A stretch of 64,000 nt of DNA from positions 16,227-80,226 of the forward strand of contig JAVBQQ010000013.1 in assembly GCA_031548875.1 (NCBI GenBank), read 5' to 3'. Below the pieces are notes generated by a model. That model had not been told where the DNA came from. It was given only the letters and a program-made list of their open reading frames with translations, and did no database searches. Source of the stretch: Oscillospiraceae bacterium (lineage in GTDB: Bacteria; Bacillota; Clostridia; Oscillospirales; Ruminococcaceae). The position numbers and the translations under genes are program-made. This document shows, piece after piece, positions 17,155 to 26,158 of the stretch (the first letter of the stretch is position 1; each line of letters starts with the position of its first letter).

Positions 17155-18189
17155 ATGGGCGAAAGGGTCTCTCCCAGCTTGCGCACACGCCCTTCGCGGC
17201 GGCTGCGCTGGGTGCTCATCATCGCCGTGCCCTTGCTTCTATTCTTGTTCTCCTTTTCCATTGGCAAGTACCCCATCGGCCCGGCCGACCTGCTCTCCAC
17301 CATTTACTATCACTTTACAGACCCCGCCAAGATTGCGGACAGCAACATGGAAACAGCACTGTTCAACATCCGGCTGCCGCGCGTGCTGGCCGCCATGCTG
17401 GTGGGGGCGGGGCTGTCGGTGGCGGGCGCTTCGTACCAGGGTATGTTCAAGAACCCCATCGTTTCGCCCGATATCCTGGGCGCGTCGGCGGGGGCGGGCT
17501 TTGGCGCCGCACTGGGGCTGCTGCTCTCGCTCTCCACAACCGGCATCCAGCTGTGCGCCTTTGCGGGCGGCATCGTAGCAGTTGTGTTCACGGTCGGCAT
17601 CAACAAGGGTGTCTCGCACGACCCACTACTTGGCCTCGTGCTGGGTGGCGTGATGGTAACAAGCCTTTTTTCGGCTTTCACCTCCTACGTGAAGCTTGTG
17701 GCCGACCAAGACGACAAACTGCCCGCCATCACCTTCTGGCTGATGGGCGGCTTCCACTCGATGACCCGGGCAAAGCTTATAAGCATCCTGCTGCCCGTCG
17801 GCGTCTCCATCGCCATCCTGTTCCTGCTGCGCTGGAAGCTGAACGTGTTTTCCTTTGGTGAGGAGGAGGCGCGCACACTGGGTGTCAAGACGCGCAGTGT
17901 GCGGTATCTCGTCATCCTGGCCGCCACGCTCATCACGGCGTCATCGGTGGCCGTGGCCGGCATGGTGGGCTGGGTGGGGCTGGTCATCCCGCATCTGGCG
18001 CGGGTGTTCGTGGGACCCAATTTTCGCCAGCTCATCCCGGCCAGCGCGCTGCTTGGCGCAAGTTACCTGCTCTTGGTGGACGACATCGCCCGCAACGCCT
18101 GGGTGGTGGAGATTCCCATCGGCATCCTCATGGCGGTTGTGGGTGTGCCGGTATTCCTGCTCATTTATAGGGCAAACGCGCGGAGGTGA
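17155..18189 (+). CDS. FecCD/BtuC-family ABC importer permease
   Basis: RLRWVLIIAVPLLLFLFSFSIGKYPIG...NIRLPRVLAAMLVGAGLSVAGASYQGMFKNPIVSPDILGASAGAGFGA...GEEEARTLGVKTRSVRYLVILAATLITASSVAVAGMVGWVGLVIPHLAR. The start could also be ATG 17113. Confidence 0.85.
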   Translation: MGERVSPSLRTRPSRRLRWVLIIAVPLLLFLFSFSIGKYPIGPADLLSTIYYHFTDPAKIADSNMETALFNIRLPRVLAAMLVGAGLSVAGASYQGMFKNPIVSPDILGASAGAGFGAALGLLLSLSTTGIQLCAFAGGIVAVVFTVGINKGVSHDPLLGLVLGGVMVTSLFSAFTSYVKLVADQDDKLPAITFWLMGGFHSMTRAKLISILLPVGVSIAILFLLRWKLNVFSFGEEEARTLGVKTRSVRYLVILAATLITASSVAVAGMVGWVGLVIPHLARVFVGPNFRQLIPASALLGASYLLLVDDIARNAWVVEIPIGILMAVVGVPVFLLIYRANARR

Positions 18190-19073
18190 AATGGATGCTA
18201 CAGGTGTGTGGTTTGCGTGCCGGATATGGCCGAGGCGACATCCTGAAGGATGTGAACGTCTCAATGGACAGCGGCGACTTTTTATGTGTTCTGGGCGCCA
18301 ACGGCTGCGGCAAAACAACGCTTCTCAAAACCATCCTGGGCATCCTGCGCCCCACGGCGGGGCAGGTGCTGCTGGATGGCGAAGACATCCACAAGATGGA
18401 CGTAAAACAGCTGGCCCGGCAGATTGCCTATATCCCCCAAGCGCACGTTCCGCCCTTCCCGTTCACCGTGCGCGACGTGGTGCTCATGGGCCGCACACCC
18501 TTCCTGGGGCATCTGGCCATGCCCCGGGAGAGCGACCGAAAGCTTGTAGACGATATCCTTGAAATGCTGGGTATCGGCTGGATGGCCGACCACAGCTACA
18601 CCGCCCTCAGCGGCGGGCAGCGCCAGATGGTCGTCGTTGCGCGGGCGCTGGCCCAACAGCCGCGCCTGCTGGTAATGGACGAACCCACTGCCAGCCTCGA
18701 CTTTGGCAACCAGTATGTCGTGCTCAGCCAGATGGTGCAGCTGTCCAAAACCGGCATCAGCGTCATCATGGTGACGCACGACCCCAGCCACGCCTTCTTC
18801 TGCGCCAACCGCGTGCTGGCCATGAAGGACGGCCGGGTGCTGGACGAGGGCACCCCGCGCGAGGTGATTGTGGAGGCGGCGATGGAAGAAATCTACCAGA
18901 CGCCGGTGAAGATTGCAGACATTGCTCTTTCGGATGAAACCAGCGCCTCTATCTGCGTGCCGCTGCATGCCTGCGCAGGTGAAAGCACCTGTGCATCCGA
19001 CATAGCCCGTCACAACCCCATTCCTTTCCCGCACTTTGCGGAAAAATATACCCAACAAGGAGATGCACAATGA
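18186..19073 (+). CDS. ABC importer ATP-binding protein (FepC/FecE-like) with a Cys/His-containing C-terminal tail
   Basis: Walker A LGANGCGKTTLLK, signature LSGGQRQMVVVARAL, Walker B LLVMDEPTASLD. GTGA overlap with the permease stop. An extra tail of about 45 aa reads ...SASICVPLHACAGESTCASDIARHNPIPFPHF. Confidence 0.85.
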   Translation: MKWMLQVCGLRAGYGRGDILKDVNVSMDSGDFLCVLGANGCGKTTLLKTILGILRPTAGQVLLDGEDIHKMDVKQLARQIAYIPQAHVPPFPFTVRDVVLMGRTPFLGHLAMPRESDRKLVDDILEMLGIGWMADHSYTALSGGQRQMVVVARALAQQPRLLVMDEPTASLDFGNQYVVLSQMVQLSKTGISVIMVTHDPSHAFFCANRVLAMKDGRVLDEGTPREVIVEAAMEEIYQTPVKIADIALSDETSASICVPLHACAGESTCASDIARHNPIPFPHFAEKYTQQGDAQ

Positions 19074-20233
19074 AAAAACTTGCCCGTTCCCTCTCGCTCG
19101 CACTGGCTGCCGTGGTGGCATTGGCCTCACTCGCGGCCTGTTCCGGCCAGTCGGCCGGCAGTTCCGGTTCTGCCGTCCCATCCGGCGCGCCTTCTTCCTC
19201 GGCCGCTTCGCCGGCGTCCGCCTCCGAAACAGCCGACACTTCCACAATCACCGACCATGCGGGCCGCACCGTCACAATCCCCTCGCCCGCGAACCTTTCC
19301 AAGGTGTATGTGTCCAGCCCCATCGGGTTCATCTTCCTGTACACGCTGGATTTTGAAAAGCTGGCCGGCACACCCATGCAGTTTTCCGACCAGGAACTGA
19401 CCTATCTGAACCCAGCCTGCGCCGACATGCCCTATCTGGGCGGCCAGCAGATGGGCGGGGAACTGAACAAGGAAGCCATCATCGAGGCGGGCACACAGGT
19501 GTTCTTCTCCATGGGCCCGTCAAAGCCCAGTGAGACGGACATCTCCTCCGCGGACGAACTACAGGAGCAGTTGGGCATCCCGGTCGTAGTGGTGGACACC
19601 AGCATGGATAACATCACCGAGGCGTACACGTTTATGGGCGGGCTGCTTGGCAAAGAAGACCGCGCCGCCGAACTTGCCGCCTACTGCACATCGGTGTTCG
19701 ACGACGTGGTGGCCAAGGTGGCGGATATCCCCGATGAGGACAGGGTCAGCGTGTATTACGCCGAGGGCGAGGACGGACTGTCTACCGAGCCGGAGACATC
19801 CTCCCACGCGGCAGCGCTGGGGTACGCCGGTGCAGTGAACGTGGCCGACGTGGAAGCTACGCCGGGCAGCGGCATGTCGCCGGTGTCACTGGAGCAGATA
19901 CTCGCCTGGAACCCGGACGTCATCATCAGCTGGGGCGCCCAGCGGGGCGGCGCGTATGATACCATCCGCGAAAACGCCGACTGGGCCAGCATTGCCGCCG
20001 TGCAAACCGGCCGGGTGTATGCCATGCCCAACACCCCCTTCAGCTGGATGGACCGTCCCCCTTCGGTGAACCGCTTTTTGGGCATCCAGTGGCTGGCAAA
20101 CCTCCTGTACCCCGAGGTGTACGATGTGGACATGGTGGAGGTGACTACCGAGTTCTACAAGCTGTTCTACTCGGTGGAGCTGACCGAGCAGCAGGCCAAA
20201 GACCTGCTAGATGACGCTGGAGGCGCGGGCTGA
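19070..20233 (+). CDS. ABC importer substrate-binding lipoprotein (siderophore/cobalamin/haem-type periplasmic binding fold)
   Basis: Lipobox LASLAACSG followed by a Ser/Ala-rich linker. Also ...ILAWNPDVIISWGAQRGG...WASIAAVQTGRVYAMPNTPFSWMDRPPSVNRFLGIQWLANLLYPE. ATGA overlap with the ATPase stop. Confidence 0.8.
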   Translation: MKKLARSLSLALAAVVALASLAACSGQSAGSSGSAVPSGAPSSSAASPASASETADTSTITDHAGRTVTIPSPANLSKVYVSSPIGFIFLYTLDFEKLAGTPMQFSDQELTYLNPACADMPYLGGQQMGGELNKEAIIEAGTQVFFSMGPSKPSETDISSADELQEQLGIPVVVVDTSMDNITEAYTFMGGLLGKEDRAAELAAYCTSVFDDVVAKVADIPDEDRVSVYYAEGEDGLSTEPETSSHAAALGYAGAVNVADVEATPGSGMSPVSLEQILAWNPDVIISWGAQRGGAYDTIRENADWASIAAVQTGRVYAMPNTPFSWMDRPPSVNRFLGIQWLANLLYPEVYDVDMVEVTTEFYKLFYSVELTEQQAKDLLDDAGGAG

Positions 20234-20363
20234 ACAGCTTGCGACTGACTGCCTCCTCTCTGCCGCAAAACAAGCGCCGGGCCGCCCTATCCGGGCGGTC
20301 CGCTATATTTTACGCATCCTGCATTCGGCTTAAAATAGCCCTGCCAAAAAGGAGAGACGAACC

Positions 20364-21596
20364 ATGCAACTCATCGACCTGCCCAGCTTCGAAGACCTGC
20401 CCTCCCGCGAGGAGATGCTTGCTCGGGTCACCTCGCTATGGAACCCGCAGCGCCCCACCGAGGTCATCCCGGTGGAGGAGGCGCTGGGGCGCATCCCTGC
20501 GGCGGATGTATATGCCCGCGTGAACCTGCCGGTGGTGCGCGCCAGCGTGCGCGACGGCATAGCCGTTCCGTCAAGCCGTTTTGCACAGGGCGCGCCGGAC
20601 ACCTCCGGTTGGAAGCTGGGCGTAGATTTTGTACGCGCAGACACGGGCGACGATTTTGACGATGACTACGACGCGGTAATTATGATAGAAGACGTGAACC
20701 TGAGTGTGGACGGCAGCCTGCGCATCCACAAAGGTATAGACGTAACACCCGGTATGAACACGCGCGGGGCCGGCAGCACCGTGCGCGAGGGCGAGCGCCT
20801 TGTGCAAAAACACCTGCCGCTGCGCCCCAAAGACCTCGCCGGGCTTGTCATGGGCGGCGTGGGGGTCATCGAGGTGCTCAAAAAGCCGGTGGTGGCGTTC
20901 ATCCCCAGCGGCAGCGAACTGATTGCCCCCGGCACACCTGTGGCCCGGGGCAAGAACATCGACACAAACAGCCTGCTGGTGCGCGAGACGCTGCACGAGT
21001 TGGGCGTGCAGCCGCTTTGCCTGCCCATTGTGCCCGACGAAGAGGCGCCCATGGAGCGCGCACTGGATGAGGCGCTGGCGGCGGCCGATCTAATAATCCT
21101 GAACGGCGGTTCCTCCAAGGGCAGCGAAGACTGCGGCGCCCGCCTTTTGCACCGCAAGGGGCAGGTGCTCTGCCACGGCGTAGCCGCCGCGCCGGGAAAG
21201 CCCCTGTGCGCCGCGATTGTCGGCGGCAAACCTGTCATCAACCTGCCCGGGCCGTTCATGGCCGCTTACCACGGGCTGGAGTGGTGCATCAATTCCCTGG
21301 TGGCGTATTACCTCTGCCAGCCCCCGCGCCAGCGCCCCACCCTCACCGCCACCCTAACCGAAGAGCTGCAGGGTTCAGACACCGTGTCTTTCCTCGCCAT
21401 CGTGGAAGTAACACGCAAAGCGGACGGCAGCGGATATTGGGCCACGCCCTTCAGCTTCCGGAACATTCCCACCAGCCGCACCATCGCCTCCAACGCCCAG
21501 TATATGACGAAAATCGGCGAGGTGCTGCCTAAGGGAGCGGACATCGAAGTGCAGTTACTGCGCGGGGTGGAGCATATTCCTGTCGCCGGCATGTAA
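20364..21596 (+). CDS. moeA: molybdopterin molybdenumtransferase MoeA-like protein
   Basis: VIPVEEALGRIPAADVYARVNLPVVRASVRDGIAV...AFIPSGSELIAPG...GKNIDTNSLLVRETLHELG...DLIILNGGSSKGSEDCGARLL...HGVAAAPGKPLCAAIVGGKPVINLPGPFMAA. RBS AAAAAGGAGAG. Confidence 0.8.
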   Translation: MQLIDLPSFEDLPSREEMLARVTSLWNPQRPTEVIPVEEALGRIPAADVYARVNLPVVRASVRDGIAVPSSRFAQGAPDTSGWKLGVDFVRADTGDDFDDDYDAVIMIEDVNLSVDGSLRIHKGIDVTPGMNTRGAGSTVREGERLVQKHLPLRPKDLAGLVMGGVGVIEVLKKPVVAFIPSGSELIAPGTPVARGKNIDTNSLLVRETLHELGVQPLCLPIVPDEEAPMERALDEALAAADLIILNGGSSKGSEDCGARLLHRKGQVLCHGVAAAPGKPLCAAIVGGKPVINLPGPFMAAYHGLEWCINSLVAYYLCQPPRQRPTLTATLTEELQGSDTVSFLAIVEVTRKADGSGYWATPFSFRNIPTSRTIASNAQYMTKIGEVLPKGADIEVQLLRGVEHIPVAGM

Positions 21597-21783
21597 TTGA
21601 GCCATCTATTTCAACCCTCATATATTTGTGCAGATGCAGCTATTCTAAGATATAATGCCTCAATCTGGCAACGGTATCATCCTTTGCCGTTTATATTCAA
21701 CAATACAAACAGGCTCATCCACGCGATACGTTCAATAAGGCAATATTTTATTGTTAGAACGTTTGATTATTCTTATTTCATCA

Positions 21784-21829
21784 CCCCACAAAAGTCGGGG
21801 GAAAAACCGGAGCCGGTCCACCAGCTCCA
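21784..21829 (+). repeat. tRNA-Thr-3'-end-like structured motif, copy 1
   Basis: CCCCACAAAAGTCGGGGGAAAAACCGGAGCCGGTCCACCAGCTCCA. The last 14 nt are identical to tRNA-Thr positions 8058-8071, and GTCGGGGG is identical to 8041-8048. Confidence 0.85.
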
Positions 21830-22263
21830 AAATAGCGCGATAAATCATTTGATTTGTTGCGCTATTTCGTGTTGAACCACCGACTTTTATGTGGCCATTC
21901 TCTGCTTCCTGTTTGTCGTCGCCCCCACTCATTAAACCATCAATGGTGCCTTTTCTTTGCACTTAACTCAAAAATGCTCTTCTCGGGGGACTCCCGCTCT
22001 GAAACTGTGCGCGGTATTGCATTGTCGGCGTTGGATATAGTGAATATCATTATGTGATAATTGACGATGGGTTAGGCGGCATTTGAAGTGATACCAATTG
22101 TAGAATATAGAAAATGAGAATCTGAAGGGCAGGCAAAAATCAAAACTCACACGTTTAAAACAAGGCAAATGGACAATATTGGCGCACGCTTAAGGATAAA
22201 AACATTCACCGCTGTCGCGGCTACACCGGCAGACCGTAATATCGCACTGTCCACCCGCTGCCC

Positions 22264-24798
22264 TTACTCCATCACCCCAAGCTCCCTCGCCCGTGCCACT
22301 GCCTCGGCTGCGCTGGCGGCGCCCAGTTTGCCGTAGGCCAGGCGGATGTGGGACTTCACGGTGTTGAGGCTGAGGCCGGTTTTCGTGATGATATCCTCCC
22401 GCCTGTATCCCTGCGCCAACAGTTGCAAAATGTGCTTTTGCTGCTTCGAGAGCTTCACCGGCTTTGTCGAAAGTCCCGCCGTGATGCCCGCGCGCTGCCT
22501 TCCCAAGGCGTAGGCTGCCAGGTACACACTGCTCACATAGAACCGGTCCAAGGCGCCCGCATAATCCGGGCGCTCTATTTTTGCCAGCACTTTTTTCAGC
22601 ACCGGTGCCACCGCGGTGCCCTCGTCCGCAATCACCCGCACAAAGCCGCGCGGCTGCAGTTCCAGTAGGACGGCCTCCATAGTTTCCTGCGCCTCCTGCT
22701 TTTGGCCGCCTGCCCATTGCAGCGCCGCCAGTAGCGCCGCGGCCTCGGCGGCATCCAGCGGGCGGTTAAACTCCTGGCCCAGCCGGCGCAGCCTTGCGGC
22801 AAGGTCTTTCGCCTTATCTACTTCGCCCAGCACGGAAAGGGCGCGTGCTGTGGTGAAATACTGGTACAGCCGGTGGGGCGCAAGACGCGGGCTATCTGTA
22901 ACAAAATAGTGGGCCAGCCATTCCCGCGCGGCATCCTCGTCACAGTCCCATAGCTTTATGCGGGCGGCGAAGGCGAGGAAGTTCGGGCGCAAAAACTGCG
23001 CCTCATCATCCACAAAACGCCCGGCCTCTTCCAGTACGTCCGTAAGCTCCGCGGCATTGCCTAGCGCCAGGTGTGCTGCCGCCAGGTGCATGTACGCCGC
23101 AAATCTCATCTCCTTGGCTGTATGCAGACCCAACAGCGCCACACCGGCCTCGGCCTCGGTCAGCGCCTCGGCGGGTTTGTCCTGCTCCAGCGCAAGGCCT
23201 GCGCTGATGTCGTGCATGATCATCTTGTAGTGGCTTTTCAGCAGCTTGCCAAAGGTTTTTTTCAGCTTGGCGTACAGGCTCTTGTCGGTCAGTTCATTAA
23301 AATCCCGGCAGCTCCGGTGCACAAAGGGCATTTGCAAGCTCATGGACGCCGCGCGCAGGGAATCCCCCTTTACGCTGATGGGCGGCAGCAAAGCCGCCTG
23401 GGCAATCTGCTTGGCAAAAGGGGTGCGATAGTCCATGGCGATGAGGGAGAAGGCCACTTCCCCGAATTTAGGGTACCGCAATAGAATAACAGGCAGGTTT
23501 TTGCGCAGCAGGTCTTCGTTTTTTTCAAAGCCCGCCGCGTCGCCGGTCAAAAACGCCACCCACACGCAGGAGATATACAGCACCGGGCATTTCTCACACA
23601 GCGCCTCTATGGACGGGGAGGTAAAAAAAGCCTGTGAGGTGTCGAGGTATTCGTCGATAGAAAACCCCCGGTTTTCCATGAACTCATACAAGGTGTCCAT
23701 GATGGTCTTGGTGTCGCCGCTGGCATAAGAGTAATGCCGGGAGACCAGATGCTCGTTTTGGGCCATATAGTGCCTGGCCGCCGCGCGCCAGGTTTGGGTG
23801 TGGTCCGCCGCCAGATATTCTGGCTGGGTTCGCAAAAAGTCCAAAAACAGGTGGTGGTAGCGGTACACGCCGTCCTCCACGCGGGCCACAAATGCATTTT
23901 GGGCGCGCAGGTCTTCCAGCAGTTCGCCCGCGTCTTTTCTACCGGTGACGGCGGCGCACAGCGGCACCGGCATCTCGTCCAGCGCGGCGGACGCCAGCAG
24001 AAAGGCCCTTAGGCCGTCGTCCCACTCGGCCCAGATGTGCCGCGTGATGTAACACTCGAGCACCTGGCCGCCAGTGCCGTCGGGCGTTGGCCCGGCGCTG
24101 TGGGCCAGCGCGTTCACCCCGATGGCCCAGCCGCCCGTAAAATCCAGCGCCGCCTGCGCCTCCTCTTGCGAGAGCCCGCGCCCCAGCGCCGCGAAATAGT
24201 CCGCGATCTCCGCCCCGGTGAAGGCAAGTTCTTTTGGCCCCAGCACCGCGGCCTGCCCGGCCTGCACAAGGTCTGCAAAAGTGTCGCCTGGCTCGGTGCG
24301 GCTCAACACAAGGGTGACGAAGGAATGGGGCAGCCGCCGCAGGATGAGCGGCAGGCTTTTCAGCAGCGCCAGGTTTGTGACGGCGTGGAAATCGTCCAGC
24401 ACTAGGGCGTACTCCCGCCCGTCTTGCCAAAACTCGGCCAGCAGGTTCACAGTATGCTCCACCGGGGCGGACGCAAAGGCCGGGCTGTGCAAAATGACCG
24501 CCATGCGCGGGTTGTCCGGCTGGGCGGCCAAGATGCCGGTGCAGAACATGCGGTAAAACACCGATGGGGAATCGTCCAGCGCGTCCAGCCCCACCCACAC
24601 CGGCTGGCGGCCCGCCTGCCGCAGCCACAAAAGGGCCGTCACGGTTTTGCCAAAGCCCGCGGGCGCGCACAAAAAGGCCAGGCGTGTTTTGGCCCCCTGG
24701 CCCAGGCGTGCCAACAGCGCGGTGCGCGGTGCGCAAACCCCCGGCAGCGGTCCGGGCGTGTACTTGTTGTTTTGGATGTTTGGCGTTTGCATGGGCAC
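22264..24798 (-). CDS. MalT-like STAND ATPase / LuxR-family transcriptional regulator
   Basis: N-terminal P-loop FLCAPAGFGKTVTALLW and Walker B-like YALVLDDFH. Long helical/TPR-like middle region. C-terminal LuxR HTH: LSKQQKHILQLLAQGYRREDIITKTGLSLNTVKSHIRLAYGKLG. Confidence 0.85.
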   Translation of the reverse strand: MPMQTPNIQNNKYTPGPLPGVCAPRTALLARLGQGAKTRLAFLCAPAGFGKTVTALLWLRQAGRQPVWVGLDALDDSPSVFYRMFCTGILAAQPDNPRMAVILHSPAFASAPVEHTVNLLAEFWQDGREYALVLDDFHAVTNLALLKSLPLILRRLPHSFVTLVLSRTEPGDTFADLVQAGQAAVLGPKELAFTGAEIADYFAALGRGLSQEEAQAALDFTGGWAIGVNALAHSAGPTPDGTGGQVLECYITRHIWAEWDDGLRAFLLASAALDEMPVPLCAAVTGRKDAGELLEDLRAQNAFVARVEDGVYRYHHLFLDFLRTQPEYLAADHTQTWRAAARHYMAQNEHLVSRHYSYASGDTKTIMDTLYEFMENRGFSIDEYLDTSQAFFTSPSIEALCEKCPVLYISCVWVAFLTGDAAGFEKNEDLLRKNLPVILLRYPKFGEVAFSLIAMDYRTPFAKQIAQAALLPPISVKGDSLRAASMSLQMPFVHRSCRDFNELTDKSLYAKLKKTFGKLLKSHYKMIMHDISAGLALEQDKPAEALTEAEAGVALLGLHTAKEMRFAAYMHLAAAHLALGNAAELTDVLEEAGRFVDDEAQFLRPNFLAFAARIKLWDCDEDAAREWLAHYFVTDSPRLAPHRLYQYFTTARALSVLGEVDKAKDLAARLRRLGQEFNRPLDAAEAAALLAALQWAGGQKQEAQETMEAVLLELQPRGFVRVIADEGTAVAPVLKKVLAKIERPDYAGALDRFYVSSVYLAAYALGRQRAGITAGLSTKPVKLSKQQKHILQLLAQGYRREDIITKTGLSLNTVKSHIRLAYGKLGAASAAEAVARARELGVME

Positions 24799-25065
24799 CT
24801 CGCTTTCTTGTGTTCAGTATAGCGGGCGCGGATGGCGGATACAAGGCAAAAATATTTTTGAAACCTCACCCCTGGGCGATTTTGCTTTTTAGTGAGTACT
24901 GCTACAATGGTAGGAAATTGGGTGGTTGTACCCCCGCTGCCCGCTCTGACAGATTGCAGGCAAACACAAACTAGAACAACTTTGTTCAGGTGGGTTCTGT
25001 AAACAACCAATCTATTTAGAAATTCATCAAGAGAAGGTCACCGACCGGAAAGAGGCAAAAACCAC

Positions 25066-25725
25066 ATGGAAAACGAGAAGAAAGTCGGACGGATTGAACT
25101 GATTATTGCGATTTTTCTGGGAATTACGGCGGTGCTCACTTCCTGGGCAGCCTGGCAGGCTTCGTTGTACGGCGGCGTGCAGGCCACAAAATACACGCAG
25201 AGCACGGCCACCATTGGCGAGGCAAACTCTCTGTACAACGAAGCTGCGCAGTATCTGGCACAAGACATGAGTGTGTGGAACAATATTTCAGAACTGCGCA
25301 TCGAGATGGAGTTTGCAACTGAAAACGGGGATGCGGAAACAGTAGAAAAGAGCGAATGGAAGCTGGATCAAATCATGGCCGACAATGTGGGCGAAAAATT
25401 TGCCGAGGCTATAGACTGGGCCGACGCACAGACCGAATATGCTTCGCCATTCGACAATGAAGAATTCATAAACAGCTATTATGAAGAGGCGAACGCCCTA
25501 TACGACGAAGGCAAAAATATGATGAAGGAGGGGGAGAAAGCCAATTCACAAGGCGACCGGTTGGGCCTTGTTACAGTTGTATATGCCGTTGTGCTGTTCC
25601 TGCTGGGCATCGCGGCGAGCTTTAAGGTGTTGCGAACCAAGTACATCTTGTTGGGTGTTTCATGCGCCGGGTTTGTCTTTGCCACGGTCATCCTGTGTAC
25701 CGTTCCGGTGCTGTTCTCTGTTTAG
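25066..25725 (+). CDS. DUF4337-like membrane protein (TM, long helical domain, two C-terminal TMs)
   Basis: RIELIIAIFLGITAVLTSWAAWQASLYGGVQATKYTQSTATIGEANSLYNEAAQ...LGLVTVVYAVVLFLLGIAASF...ILLGVSCAGFVFATVILCTV. Family assignment is from memory of the architecture. Confidence 0.6.
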   Translation: MENEKKVGRIELIIAIFLGITAVLTSWAAWQASLYGGVQATKYTQSTATIGEANSLYNEAAQYLAQDMSVWNNISELRIEMEFATENGDAETVEKSEWKLDQIMADNVGEKFAEAIDWADAQTEYASPFDNEEFINSYYEEANALYDEGKNMMKEGEKANSQGDRLGLVTVVYAVVLFLLGIAASFKVLRTKYILLGVSCAGFVFATVILCTVPVLFSV

Positions 25726-25782
25726 CTGATGGGTAACCTGTAAGATCCATGTACCAAAATTTAGATTGGAGGCGCGAAAACA

Positions 25783-26154
25783 ATGAAGGCGAATTTTAAT
25801 GGTGAAGTGTGGACAATTCCAACACCAAGGCCTTACAAGGCGGACGAACTCTATGAACTGATCACCACAAAAGGGAACTTTGGCGGTGTGCAGCCCGAGC
25901 TGAAAAAAGTGCTGGGGATGAAGACCATCAATTTCCCCGGCGCAGGTGGTTTCTATAACGCGGTGGGCGTCACCAAGAAAAGCATCAGTATTTCGCAGTT
26001 TAAAGAGTCCGGCAAAGGGCTGTTGAAAAGCTTTGCCATCGATGCCGTCACCGATGGGTTTGGTTCGCTGCTGAACATTGAGGGCGGCTCCAATGCGCCC
26101 GTTATGAAGGCGATTGCCGAAGAGATCGAACGCCTGGTGGATGAGAATCAATAG
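25783..26154 (+). CDS. hypothetical small soluble protein (123 aa)
   Basis: Good RBS (GGAGG). The stop lies 4 nt before the C11 peptidase start. No family recognised. Confidence 0.55.
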   Translation: MKANFNGEVWTIPTPRPYKADELYELITTKGNFGGVQPELKKVLGMKTINFPGAGGFYNAVGVTKKSISISQFKESGKGLLKSFAIDAVTDGFGSLLNIEGGSNAPVMKAIAEEIERLVDENQ

Positions 26155-26158
26155 ACAT

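Noticed and set aside
21784-21829. The minus-strand motif as a T-box-like riboswitch or a true retroelement primer-binding site
   Set aside because: No specifier-loop or stem I architecture is present, and no reverse transcriptase gene is in the window. I keep this only as a noted alternative in the findings.
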